From positions 244,791-308,790 of the forward strand of contig NMRA01000129.1 in assembly GCA_002633005.1 (NCBI GenBank): 64,000 nt of DNA, in the 5' to 3' direction. This document shows positions 11,786-25,208 of the stretch, one piece after another. The notes under the pieces were generated by a model, which saw only the letters and a program-made list of their open reading frames with translations, made no database searches and was not told the DNA's origin. Every line of letters begins with the position of its first letter. Positions within the stretch are counted from its first letter, which is position 1. The position numbers and the translations under genes were made by a program. Source of the DNA: Phoronis australis. Lineage: Eukaryota; Animalia; Phoronida.

Positions 11786-14700
11786 TCATGGAACCTCGTA
11801 TGAAGTCGGATCTCTTTTTTCTTTGCTACACCTTTCAACTTTTTTATTACTATCCGCTACAACCCGAGAACGTGCAGTTTTAGAGCCATGGCAGTTCAGC
11901 CGTGTACTACCGTGCATCAGCTCGTGTTCCAAGTCTTTTTTAAGACGTTTATGCAGTGACAAACCGCATTTTCGCTTTCCAACATCAGCTGATCTTTTGC
12001 TGCTGACTACACCATGGTCCTGTGAATGTTTGTTATGATCACTGTTAGAAGGAGAGCGACGTTTGAGCTTTTCCACGTGCTTTGGTCCCTTTGACTGTCT
12101 TACTAGTCTATCACTGTGCAGTGACCCAACAAGTGTGTTATGTAAGAATCTTTTGTTGGCTGGAGGTACAGGGCACTTGAGCCTAAAACAATGGTAAATA
12201 CATTTGTTAAAGTGAGACCGCACATGATTTCAGAAGTCCAAACACGTGCAACTTCAAACTTTAAAATGAGCATTTCTAAAAAAATGACCAAATTGTCCAT
12301 CACTGCCTCAGGATTTACACAAATGTTTTTTAAGCTCTAATTTTACGAGGTACTAATTGTTTATACTAGGTAGATATGCCAATCGAACATCTTTCCGGCA
12401 TTATTGGACAAAAAACTGTAAGACTTGTTCTGGTTTGTGAGCTTGTGGAAAGTGATGCACAAGATTTTTAGCTCTTACTACAAATTTTCAAGAAAAAATT
12501 ACCCAATGCTTGTGGAAACCTAAATGATGTGTGCAGGCATTTTTTCTTGGCCACGTGAGAAATTACAAATGTAAATACTTTTAAACAACATTTCAAACAA
12601 TATCTATTTAGCCTTATTTAAAAAGTGATAACTACAATTTTATTTTACTAATTTATCAATTTATTTATTTATATATCTTTATTTGCCATCTATCATGTCA
12701 TTTCATCCTACAGTCTTTTTCAGCTCTTTTTCACTTATAGCTATTTTCTTTCACGATTCATTCCTGTCAGGTAATTATTCACAATTTACTATTTATTCCA
12801 AATATTTATATTCTTTAATTTTTCAATTTTAATACAGACCACCATGGAAATAAGTTTTTAATTTTTCAGTGTTATTCAGATAGTATACATCAATATTTTA
12901 AAATTTTTATACCTTGAACCTAAGTGTATTTACTCATAAACTAATAATACTAAAATAGTATGCAAATTAGAACTATTTATGCAACTGTCTTTCCAACACA
13001 TCTGAAAATGATCAATCAATTATAATTTCCTTATTTTTCAACAGTGAGATAATTCTGTTATAAAATTAAGTGCGTAAAGTGAGCGTAGCATCAACATTTC
13101 TACGAATGACCTAGAAAATGAGGTCAACACTCCGATATTCGACTGGCGCCAGGCGATGCCCCTTGTACAACTAATGGCAAAATACAAAAAAATGCAAAGC
13201 TCCCTCCTTGAGATATCACGCCAACAAAACTTTCCAAGTAGAACTTTTATAGCTACACGTAGCTCTCTTTAGCTAAAAAGACGAGTCAGACTTTTATTGT
13301 TATAAAACCTTTCAGTAATCATATTCCTTATCATGACTGAATTCAATGACAGTTATCAAATCAAGCCACAGACTAAACGTACATGCGCCATTTTCAAATC
13401 CAAGTTAGAATATGTTACTATGGACAATTTCTAGAATCACAGCACATAGCTTTCTTTGATTTAGAAATTCATTTTATATTAATTTTATATTTTTTAGACC
13501 ATGCCTTCAGTCTGATTAAGCTGGCAAAATGGCAGGAATGGAATGCATTAATTTATCTCTGGTCAAGATAATGGGATTAGACAAATTTCCAACGACAATG
13601 TCAGACTACACTTTAAAGCTGTGGAGTCAGTAAAGTGCCCTGATAGTCTGGCGACATCAATCTCAGGCATTTGTGGTTCTTTAGATAGTTGAATTTGACC
13701 GTGTTCACATTTAGCCGACAGTCTTTAAAAAGGTCACAGTGCTTTTTGGACTCATCTCCTTAGTTTTCATTCTAAACTGTGAGCTTCGAACAACAATACG
13801 ACGACTTTGTCATACAGTTGACAACTGAATGCTTGATCCACCAGCAGACTTACCAGAGAGAAAATACCAGATTACATTCAGTGCCAACGTGTACACCACA
13901 AAGACATCAATGAAGAATCATCCACCAAGCTTTCGTTTCTAAGTGACATAACCGTGCCACATTTTTTGGTAAGTTATTCTAATACGAGCAATTTACGTCC
14001 CGCATGTTTAATGTACGAAATCAACATACCAGCCTTTGGGTCCCATTGTGGAGGACCTCTCTGACCCCCGTGTAGCTTCCCTTAAAAGTGCCTCTCTGGC
14101 TAAGCTGAAAAAGTCAGAATAGCCTCATTGCTGGAGCTGATACTCATGATTTCTCAAAACAATGGCAGACAATGTCTGTGATATAACTTAATACTGACTT
14201 TGTGTTATTATTTGTGAAAAAAGAAAAGAAAATATCAGTAGTTAGTCACACCGTGTCCTATATTTATGAGATTTTACTGTGGTTTTCAAACAGAGGTGGA
14301 CAGAGAGGTCAACTGACCTTTCCCTGTTTCACATGCCTGTAATGATGAATCATGGGTAGTGTTGCGATTTGTGTCCATATTTCCCAGAATTCATCACTCC
14401 AGACATGCGCAATGGGAGACATGAAAGCCTTCCTAGTTAGTCCCCTCCACAAAATTATGCTCCTTATAAAAACTACAAGTATGCAGGTTAAATGACAGCT
14501 TATAAAAACACTTTACATTACGATTTGTAAAAACCATCTGTGTTAGATCTGAATAGTATTCTATATCACACACATTCAAACTAAAAACACTAATATTTTA
14601 AAGTTAACAATACATGATTTTTTTCTAGAAGTCATCTGGAAGTAGGTCTGTTGATATGTTCATGTCTCTGAACAATGCGTTTTTGATGCGGCCAACCAGG

Positions 14701-14902
14701 AATGCAGTATTATTAAACATTCAAAAAGAAATAAACCGGCAACAAGACCAGCACCACTACAATTATGACCTGTCATCTTTCAGAATGTAAGAAAATGTTT
14801 TCATCTCATTCAAATATTGCTGGTGTGCATTTGTGAAAATTCCACGAGTTGACATTTTTTCCACTCATACCTTTCCAACTTTTCGTCATCCATACTGCCC
14901 AT
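11786..14902 (-). CDS. POLR1D: Protein similar to POLR1D isoform 2 (non-RPAC2 product), 167 aa, 3 coding exons
   Basis: Exons 14902-14871, 14104-14030, 12182-11786 have GT-AG sites and matching phases (2,2), 504 nt in total. Translation: MGSMDDEKLESLAREALLREATRGSERSSTMGPKGWLKCPVPPANKRFLHNTL followed by a basic/His-rich tail. This matches my recollection of human POLR1D isoform 2 (MEEDQELERKAIEELLKEAKRG..MGPMGWMKCPL..TNKRFLINT). Confidence 0.82.
13062..13279 (-). mobile_element. Short HINE/DINE-like remnant
   Basis: On the minus strand it begins TTTTTAGCT with hairpin AGCTACGTGTAGCT, contains TTGACCT/AGGTCA core words and has T-rich flanks. Confidence 0.35.
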
Positions 14903-15457
14903 AGATGCAATAAGGTTGTCAGTTGATTTGGTTACTCACAAACCTCTTCACAACATCAACATGACAGCCAATATTTTCATTTTCTGAAATGCAAAAATAG
15001 GATTACTTTGAGATTGTGAGATTTTATAACAACAGAAAAAGCACGTAACAAAAGCAAACCCACGATTATTACAAATTCCACGTCCATGGTCAATAAACAA
15101 CACATTTCAGAAATGTGCACATTTCAGAAATGTGCAGCACTCCCTCTTTTTTCCAAAGAAGAAGTTTCGAAAAAGCTACCCTTTAAGTGACTATTGCCAT
15201 TTTCTACTCAAGAGCTTCCCTCATGTACCACCTGCGATCTTTAATATACTATTACTAGCCAACCGGTACAAATACATTATTCAAAACCGTCATTATGAGA
15301 GGATTCAGAAAATAGTAATATCAAGTATGTACTACGTTAATAGCCATATTCATATTGTAAACAATAACTCTGAGTTTATTTATGCCGGTCAAGGAATAGT
15401 GTAACAATAATTTTGTATCAGATTTTATATGGCCGTTAGCTCTACATGTCAATATAA

Positions 15458-15690
15458 TTTTCATGACGAGGTGAGAAGCAGAACTACCCAGGCGGTGTAA
15501 AATTTCGAGGTCTTTGTGAGGTTAACACAGAAGGCTCATTGGTGTTAGTATTCATTACATAGCTGGCTATATGCGCAGTGCCTAGCTTAGCCAGCCAGCT
15601 AGCTGTATGAAAAGTATAGTCTTCGTATAGCTTAGAGCCACAGATTTCATACTGCCTGGGTAGTTCTGCTCATCAGCTCATCGTGAAATT
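15458..15690. mobile_element. Degenerate MITE-like inverted repeat
   Basis: AGCAGAACTACCCAGGC (about 15477) pairs with GCCTGGGTAGTTCTGCT (about 15654) within roughly 45-bp imperfect arms. Confidence 0.55.
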
Positions 15691-16325
15691 TATGTGAACA
15701 TGTTGAGCAAATGGCTGGCGGGGGAGCACAGGAGTCAAACGACATGTACTTTGCCCGTTGCAGCTGTTTACGTGAAAAACAATCTCATCATTTTCTTGTA
15801 TAACTCTCCACCTATTGTAACAAAGAAAAGTCTATCTTCATTATTAAAACAGTATGCTCGTGACACGCCCACACGCAATTTCTTAAGTTTTTGCAACATC
15901 TCTTAGGAGATGATGGTAGCTTCGCAGCTCAGCAAAACTTATTCTGAAATGCGGTTTGCTGGTATTCCTATTACCAAAACCTTATAATGAAATGAAACCA
16001 TTTCCGTTACATGAAAAAAGAAAAAGGTGATTAAAGAATCGGCAAAACAAGAATCTGGCCAATAGGTGACACTATATTTCACAGCTCTGAAAGCCAATGC
16101 ATAAGATCGCTCCCGAACTTTAGCAGCAGAACAATGGTAGAATGCCAATTTTTCTAACACTGGTGTATAATCTGAATTACTCTAGGACGAATGTAGTTTT
16201 AATGACACTATTTGTGTCATACAGGTATTTTATTTGTCCAGTTTTTTACTCACATCAGTGCAAAGCTATATATTAGTATAGCTTTGTACCAAAGCCACAC
16301 CAGAGCCAGTTGCGCGTACATGTAC

Positions 16326-16733
16326 CAGTCTCTCAATAACTTTAACGATAAATTTTCAAATTTTACATTCGCTTGCGACACTTAGCGAGCTGACGAGGTG
16401 TGACATGTGATGCATTTTGATTTAAAAACAAACTCGTTCTTCCCCGCGTCGTCTGCTGCTTTTACTTCTTGAAAGGAAAACCCGTCAGGGTTAAGTCTCA
16501 AACAGCTGGCATACATGATGTGCTGCAAAATTGATGTTAGTACTCGTTAGGTCTAATACAGAAGGAGAGATTCATGTAATATGAAAATGACCGATTTTAA
16601 CCTTGACATGCTGAGTTCAAATAGCATGACTTTGAGACATGCTCAACCCAGTTCAGTTTTTATCCCTGGATAGTTAAATCCCGCTGGATCTCCTCACACC
16701 AAGTTGCAAGTGTAAACAGTTATTGAGAGACTG
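16326..16733. mobile_element. MITE-like element with 16-bp perfect TIRs
   Basis: CAGTCTCTCAATAACT ... AGTTATTGAGAGACTG. No TSD recognised. Confidence 0.55.
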
Positions 16734-17199
16734 CGTCACGTTCTCCCGGCCAACAGGCCTAAAACATAGTCGGTAAACCAACCCTAGTCCCTATCCCTTG
16801 AACCATAGGCACCTTTAATTAGCCATCGACGATATACTATAATAAAGAGAATCTCTTTATTTAGGGTATAGTTGAGGGCTGGTTAAATAAAGGTGCCTGT
16901 GCTGGAACTTAGTCTTAGACTGAATGACTCAATGAGTGACTGAAGTCGAGCAGACTTATTGGCTATGAAACAAACTTGGATTCAGAGATCACCACTGTTG
17001 ATGAACAGCAAACCAGCTTAAACTAAGAACAATAACAATTAAGAAATCTAAACTTAATTAGCACTTCATTACTATTCAAAGAAAGACAGCTAAGCCCAGT
17101 CCCTGCAGTAATGAGCGTAGTTTTGATCGCAGTCAGCAACGCACAGCAGGAAACAGCTATATACTCCCCTAGCGTACGTTTTGAGAACTACATAAAACG

Positions 17200-17317
17200 T
17201 CAAAAATCGTGAAAAGGAAATGCGAAAATGGCGGAGTCTCAAATGAAGTGAATGGAAATAATATTGTTTGGCCTATCTTACTCTCCTAAGAAGATAAAGA
17301 ATTTGTTTTCTGTGAGT
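17200..17317 (+). promoter_or_regulatory. Probable promoter / non-coding first exon of KIDINS220
   Basis: Locally CpG-richer patch with AAAATGGCGG (YY1-type core) at about 17225 and a donor-like T|GTGAGT at 17312. The first coding exon has an acceptor at 25165, upstream of its ATG, so a 5' UTR exon is needed. Assignment is inference. Confidence 0.4.
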
Positions 17318-17827
17318 ACAGGCAATTTAGAGCTTTAATCCACTTTCTCTGATCCAGTTGAAAGTTATTGCAATTACTTTTGACTCGGGAAATTTACTTT
17401 TTGTTTTCTTCACGTAAGGTCGTAAGGTCGTTAGCTGTCACCAGTCCAGACACCAGATAATCAATCAGATTTTCATTAGACAGTATCCCTACCCTGGGGC
17501 TGGGCTGGCGCTGGTCTCAGACTAAGGGTCAGGCACTGGAAACTACATTGAGCTTCCTGGCCACCATTTCCACTTAGGAACACCATCGAACTCCCACTCA
17601 CTGGCATCGTCTAGATGAGTGACATAGGCAAGCCAATGACCATCGCCTCTGTTGGCCCTGATAACTCTCATTACTTGTGTATTTTTACCAGCCGACTGCT
17701 GGTTAACGCCACACTTACTGATGGGTTACGCGTCTATTTAGCGCTGGAGCAGCTTTGTTGATGCAAACCTGTTAGCAGGTTAGTCTTCGTAGACTTCATA
17801 CAGCTAGCTGACTGACTAGCGTGGGAG

Positions 17828-18759
17828 TAGGCAATGACCATCGCCTCTGTTGGCCCGAACCAGAGGCGATGTAGAGGCTATAGGCGCTCTGTACGCCGGA
17901 AGCTTTTCAGCGAATTATGCCTCGCACCGACTAAACCATCAAAGTCACGTTGTTATAAATACCTTTTGCGCATAGAGGAACACCTTAGGAGGTTGTCGAT
18001 GTGTTTAATTCCTTCCAACTCGAACAAATACTCCCGTTATGAAACTTTTTCTTCGAGCAGTCCCTATTTCAGTTCCCAAAATCGTGAACTCAAAATTTTT
18101 GTACTGCGCACGCTCCAACTTTTACCGCGCTCGCTAGGTGGTTTGACTTCATAACCTCAATAATTTTTAAATAGGCCAAAGGTGAGCCATTGCGGTCTTG
18201 TCAGTCAAATGTTCGTTTCCAAAATGCCACCACTTATACTTGTCTTTAATTGGCGTTACTTGAAACTGATTGTATTTCAATGAATTATTGTTTGTATTTG
18301 ATAAAAATAAATGCTGTTGATATGACATTTAATAGTCTTTGTGCACATATTTGACATTTTAATGTTTAACAACACGGCAAATGCACGGCTGGTTCCCGGC
18401 AGCACGTACGCGAAGGGCGGGAACTTCAGCTTTCAAAGTTCGCCGGTAGGTCCGCAACTTCTGACCTTCGGCCTGGTTAAAAAAATGAAAAAGTTGATTT
18501 CACGATTTTGGGAACTGAAATAGGGACTGCTCGAAGAAAAAGTTTCATAACGGGAGTATTTGTTCGAGTTGGAAGGAATTAAACACATCGACAACCTCCT
18601 AAGGTGTTCCTCTATGCGCAAAAGGTATTTATAACAACGTGACTTTGATGGTTTAGTCGGTGCGAGGCATAATTCGCTGAAAAGCTTCCGGCGTACAGAG
18701 CGCCTATAGCCTCTACATCGCCTCTGGTTCGGGCCAACAGAGGCGATGGTCATTGCCTA
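17828..18759. mobile_element. Non-autonomous foldback/MULE-like DNA element, 932 bp
   Basis: 261-bp terminal inverted repeats (17828-18088 and 18499-18759, TAGGCAATGACCATCGCC...) flanked by the 9-bp direct repeat GCGTGGGAG (17819-17827, 18760-18768). No transposase ORF. Confidence 0.9.
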
Positions 18760-21700
18760 GCGTGGGAGCTGCCAATAACTTTTGAGTGCAAAACTGCAAA
18801 AGGCAGTGAAAACCAACCAGAGGCAGAGAGCTCAACAAGTCATCTTGCCGTGATGTCTATTTCATTTTCTGAGCATTATCTCGAGGAATAACGAATTTTC
18901 ATTTCTTTGCAACACTAAAAAATCACTTGGATTAAATGTCACCTGATTAAAAACCATGTTGAGGCCAAGTTTATAGGGTTAAGTGGTTCAAATTAAAATT
19001 ATTTTTACAATGAAGGAGTCAAAACTGTTTACATGACCATCTAATGAACAATTTGCTGAAGGTCAAAAAATGTTACACCAAGGTTTACCTCACCAGAGCA
19101 TTACTTTATGTTAAGACTCAATTTTAGATATCGACATGACAGTGGACTCGCATTATATAACAAACTGCAGTGCTTTATAATGTTCAATTTTAAATAAACA
19201 TTTCGTTTAGCAATTCCCATTTTTTTCGAAATGATGCACAATATTCCTTTCTACGTTTTGTTTTTAACGAACATGAATACATTATGTTGACACTGATAAT
19301 TCACCGTCCCAGTTGTCACAGTGGGTGATTTCACTCACTTCACAGGGAACAAAAATACAAATTTGCACATGGTAAAATAAAATGCTGGTAAAGCACTAGA
19401 TTTTAAATAAGCACCAGTTTGGAATAAACACTGAGTCAAAAAGTGTCATCCAAAAAATAAGCGCCCAGGCACTAATATGTGACAGTAAAATATCTATTTG
19501 TGACAGTATGATATCTATTTGTGACATGAGGATATCTATCTATGGCAGTATTGCAAAATGATGTCAGAGGACAACAAAGATCCCATGTGCCTCAGGTTTG
19601 TGTGAGATTTACTGTGCAGAAACAGCTTATTTATGAACGATTCATATTTAGCGATACCCAAATCCAAGCTAAAAATGAATTTTCTGACTGACATTTTGTG
19701 ACACAGGCAAGTTTTTTAATTTTACATATTTCTCAAATACCGAACACTGTGCATTTTTGCATTAACAGAGTCTGAATACTGACTTCCAAGTTTACCGACA
19801 AAAAGGAACTCTAGCATATTGGTAATACTACCAGTGCCCTGTTCTCACCGTCGTCGTAACCCTTAACATAGGGTTGGCTGATATACTAATTTCTCAAATT
19901 TTTTCAAGCAAAATAATTATTTTTTTACTGCCAGAAACTGGGTAATTTTTACAGTAGAACTACCAATTGAAAGCTAAATCTACTGATAGTTTCCAAGTAT
20001 TTTGTCTTCTCTAAATTGTTGGTTTGGGTACAGAGAAACTTGGTTACAATGAACAGTTTCGACAAGTTTATTGTAATGAGGTTCATGACTGTATTACACG
20101 TGCAGATGAAATTGATTAACCCTGTCCTACGATAGTAATGGTGTGCAACATGGTAACAGGTAGACAATTTCCACCTGCGTGACTGACTTACCTGGATTCA
20201 TTTCTTTTATGAGCTGTTTTTGTAATTGGCCAACAATTGCCTCTTGACAGTTTCATGTTGGATAATGCTGCAGCCTATCAGCTGATCAAGGGTCTTGGCC
20301 CAACTCTCATAAGTGTGTCATGTGTGACATAGTAAAGAAACATTTAGGTTTCCATGCTACAGGGCCCACAAGTCTCAACAAACGTTTAAGGTGAATGAGC
20401 ATTATTGGGGTGCTTATCTTATCCAGGTTTAGAGCAGTCCACTAGATGTGGTTGACCCTGTATTGTGTATACGTTTGTTCAGTGTCTTGTTGGTTGCATG
20501 AACAGCTGATGGGTAGGTGAAACTGTCATAAACATAGGGTTAAATAGTTAGATGCTTCCTTTTGTTCATGTTGTCTGGATTGGCCTTTAGGGGAACTGCT
20601 GATAGGGTCAAAATGTCTGTGGACCGAAATGGATTTAATCCAACTTTTAGCTTGTTTTCCAAAATGCACATACCTCGTTCGTATTTTATTTGCGGGGAAT
20701 CCAAACTGAAGTCGTGGGACTTCCAAAGTGTGAAGCATCATGAATTATACAGGTAAGGAGTAAGGAGTTGTAGATGTGGGTAAGCCTTAATATATGTGAC
20801 TAGTATATTCTGAAATTCAATTCGTGGTGTGTAAAATCCAAGAAGTGCAATTATCAGTTGTCAAGGGGCTGTCATTTTATTGTTCAAACAACTATTGCAC
20901 TTTGCTATGCAACTTCGACCATTGTGTTAGTAGCCAAAATTGACATGCTCTGTAATTTAAAAACAATTGTGTGCCTTGATTGGTTGTGAAGGACTTGCAA
21001 ATTTCATGAAACCTTGTGTTTGCACTTTTTGTTTAGGAGTTGAATGACCTTTTGCTCCCTAGGATGTCCAAAGGTCAATCTGAAACTCATGGTTCAATAA
21101 ATATACGGGGCCCAAGCTAGATGTGAGTAACTTTGGGAAAATAGTGGGGTGTATTGGCAGTTCTTGAAAGCCTCGGCGGAGGTACAAAATTGTGCTCAAA
21201 AAGGCTTTTTGTTTGATAACAGAAAAGAGGTAAGCATTGTACCATGTTGCGTAGTACTTAATTTGATATAGATTTTCCAGTTTTTGAACTAGATTACTCT
21301 TTGAGATAGGGACTTAAAATAGTGTACTGTAAAGTTTCTTCGCATAAGAACTCAATATGACAGAACAAGTGAAATTGTATTTTATTAAGATTTTCAACAA
21401 GAGTAAACAAGAAGACAGTTATACTTGATTACTTAAAACTTTATATAGCACAACTGTTGTCAACAAACTGAAATTTTGAACATTTTTGGTAGTTCAGTGA
21501 GCTTCTGAATAGATGAAATCTTTGGCCTTTATATTTGTTCGAATTGAGAAATCTTTACCATAGTTTGCTCATGTGCACAAAGTAGTGTTTGGTGCTGACT
21601 GTAACTAACATATTTTTTATTCTAACTTTTGAAACTTTCAAATGGTTTTTACATGTCTTGAAAAGGCCTTGGTTTAGGAGCCCCAGCCTTGAGTAGTTCT

Positions 21701-24700
21701 TGAATTTAATTCTGACTTTGAAATTGAAAAGCCCTTTAAAGTTGAACTTGAAGTCTAATTAATTATCATTGTGATTGCTTGGCTAAATTAGTTAGAAACA
21801 CACCATATAATGACGATGTGAATATGAAGTAGGTTGAAAATTGCCAAAATATTTTTAAGAACAAGCTTTGTGGCAAAAGTGATCCACTGCAAATCATTGA
21901 ACCGTGTCCAGTGAGTATGGTGAGGTGGTGCTGGGAAATAACACTGCATGACGCGGGCTATTTGAGCCCGCGAGGTACCTCATTAGAGCAAAGATCACCT
22001 GTTTGCAGATTTTTTTGTTTTTGCAATAAACGTTGTCAATAAATACAACTGCCTATGAAGCCTGCGCAGTAAATTCGGGCATGTTGCCCCAAATACCGGT
22101 ATAATTTAATTTAAAAGTGCTCAATTTTACAAATATTACCAAAAACTGCACGACTTAGGAAGGTGAAGGGAAATTGCTTAGTTCCATTTGATAATATCAA
22201 GTAGTTACCTTAGATAATTCTGAATTTCATAAAGTTGCACCAAAGATTGATTTGTTATCTAATATCTTTGTTAGCTGACCCTTTGGCTGACCTCTGGTTC
22301 TGTCTGGGCTGGTAAATTTATCTCTTTGCAAGTTCACACCTAGAATTATTAGGTAAATTTGTTTAGCTTGAGTCCTTGTTCACCCAACAGCCTTCATGTT
22401 GATATTTAACTAGTTCTCTAATTTGAAATTTTATTTATTTTTGTTAGCTTGAACATGCTGGTAAATTTGTCTGAAAAGGTATGTTAGAGATCGTGGTAAA
22501 ATCTCGTGTAAAACTTTGTCATAAAATAATGAGAATGAGAATGAGAAGTGACAGAAATTTGTTCTAGTGCTCCACATAAATATTTCTGAAAATCTAAGTC
22601 TCTGAGAATAAGCATACACATAACTGGCAGTGATTTAGATATATTTTTTTAAAATTATTTCGAGACTGTAATGCACTCGTAATTAGTTGGCTGAACCACT
22701 TTTCAGCAATTGTGAAGTGAGAGCGAAGACCAAACTTCTGTCACCCGGGCGTTGATTTGGAAAAGGGGGGGGGGCGCGTAAACGGAAAGCCATAGTTTGT
22801 TTGACTTGACACTTCTTCACTTAAAACTGCGTTTTTAAAGTTTTTGTTAATANATATTTCTGAAAATCTAAGTCTCTGAGAATAAGCATACACATAACTG
22901 GCAGTGATTTAGATATATTTTTTTAAAAATTATTTCGAGACTGTGATGCACTCGTAATTAGTTGGCTGAACCACTTTTCAGCAATTGTTAAGTGAGAGCG
23001 AAGACCAAACTTCTGTCACCCGGGCGTTGATTTGGAAAAGGGGGGGGGGCGCGTAAACGGAAAGCCATAGTTTGTTTGACTTGACACTTCTTCACTTAAA
23101 ACTGCGTTTTTAAAGTTTTTGTTAATAAATACATAGCTCACCAACGCCTTGTTCATTTTTATAAATGATGGATGTTCCACAAAACTGAATTTGTGACAAA
23201 AAGTTGACGCTGAATGGGCTTTCATGAGAAAAATTTCCAAAAAAATGTACTACTATCTGGACACTTGACACCGGAAGTTTAACACCCACCGGAGGGAGGG
23301 GGGAGTATTTGGCATAATTTTCTGAATAAATGGGTATTTCATCAGGTCGCTTATCTACGGGGGGGGGGGGNCTCTGGTATCTATTAACATTGTTGTTTGT
23401 GAGTGCTTGAATTTTGTGAAATATTATCTACTTGTACATGTGCTTGAACCTGGTCATGTTTATCTCTTATGAAATAGAACGAGGAAGTTTCACTTGTCCT
23501 GTAGTCCCCGTCCCCTACTGGTGAGGTTTTAATGAAAGATGAACTAGAAAAGAATAAATTCTGCTAAGCTGTAATCCCTTGTTCCTTAAATGCATTAATC
23601 TCCATGTGAGGCAGGTTAAGTGGAAGCCTTCAATTCTTAAAATAACTTGGGGGTTGAGTTCTGTTTACTTCTTGTGTAATGCAATGTGTCTGATGTGTTC
23701 CTGAAACATTCCCCTAATTTGATCTCTGCATGTGTTTTGAGCCTTGGTTGGAGTGGTGTTTGAAGAGCTCTGAGTTTTGTCTTGGGAGTGCATGTACATG
23801 AAATTAGTACAAAACATGAAGTGATCAACACTATATGGCTTGTAAGACTACTAATTCTTACTTATAAATACACTTACATTATCAAAAGGTTGATTTATGA
23901 CAACACAATTATACATATGTATAAAGCACATCCATGTTTGGGTAAGATGCTTTCTGTGAAACCTGTTTGGATTTCTTTTATGGACTGGTGGTTCCACATC
24001 TCAGTAGACTAGAGTGTCTATCTACACAATTAGCGGAATGTGCCGAGATGGAGCCCCAGGATCGAGCCCGATACTTCTGACTGATTTGACGTGATATTTG
24101 GATGGGTAATTCTTGGGAGTCATTGATTTTGGCTGCATAGTGGGTGAACCTCCAGATTTTGATTTGATGATGTTTGCACATTAAATTGTGCCTAATGGTT
24201 TCACATATTTAAAGTGCCAAGGACTGGTGAGGTTGGAATTTTTCATGTTGTGTTAGTTCACTTGTTATCTTTTCTTCAAGCAAGGTCACTGCACTTTATT
24301 TTATCTGACCTTTTTGGCAAATAATTCAATATCTATTTTTAGAGCGGGTCTTTGCATTCTTTCCATTGTTATTTATTTACCTGTGGGTTTTTGTACTTTA
24401 AATTGCCATGTAATTAGGTGAAGTGAAGTCATGAAGTTCAAGCTGGTAACAATCATGCACTGTAGTGGCTGTGGATATTCCTGCGTAGTGTTATCTTGAA
24501 TAAGTTGGGAACCAAGTGTCTAAGTATTTACCTGGCAAGTTAGGCAAATAAGCCAAAAGCTAATTGGATGTATGCAAAAATTAAACGTTTCCACCCCAAG
24601 CATGAGCCGAAACATTGGTGTACAAAGTTGTTTATATATCCGCTCTGCTGGCTTTTAAATTTCTGTGTGTTATGGTATAGGCATCTAAAGCTGCTTTCGC

Positions 24701-25208
24701 ATTGGAGTTAGTCTGAAGTAGTGATGTTCTTGATACGGTAAAGTAACGTTTTGATGGACAAGAAATAGTTTAATTCGAATTGAATTTTAGCTACCCTCCA
24801 GCAACTTTATGGCTATTTTATAACAGAACAGCTTGTGGTGTATTGTTTCTTTTTGTTTTATTATTATAAATATTAATGAATATTTTCATGAAATGGTCTT
24901 TTATTTATTCAGTGAATCAACATGCCCTTGCATTACTAGAACATAAAACCATGGCGTTTATGTTTATTTGGAATTGTTAAAATGCACTGTTTTGCCACAT
25001 GGTTTTACGGTATATTTTCACTTGGAGGAGCTACCGGTGGAAAAAAATTATCTGAACGCATGTCCATTTCGTACTGTATAGATTTAAGTGTCAGTAAAGC
25101 TTCAGTTTAGTCTCAAGTTAAGTATAATGATTTCAGTTTGAATTTTGACATTTTGGTTGTTTTAGTGGAAAAACAGTTCTTCCAAGACTGCCGCGAGTAA
25201 AGAGAACA

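Noticed and set aside
14318-14432. Candidate 115-nt cassette exon in the first coding intron of the POLR1D-like gene
   Set aside because: Weak polypyrimidine tract, would shift the frame, and shows no AC19 similarity; unsupported without RNA data.
17834-18753. Twin 106-aa ORFs on opposite strands
   Set aside because: They are simply the two arms of the inverted repeat and show no transposase motifs.
21952-21972. GC-rich hairpin CGCGGGCT-ATTTG-AGCCCGCG
   Set aside because: It could be a Helitron-type end, but no matching other terminus was found, and rho-independent terminators do not apply in this context.
22580-23125. Near-exact direct duplication of about 273 bp
   Set aside because: The copies join at a single 'n' (22853), typical of an unmerged contig or allele overlap, so it is likely an assembly artefact.
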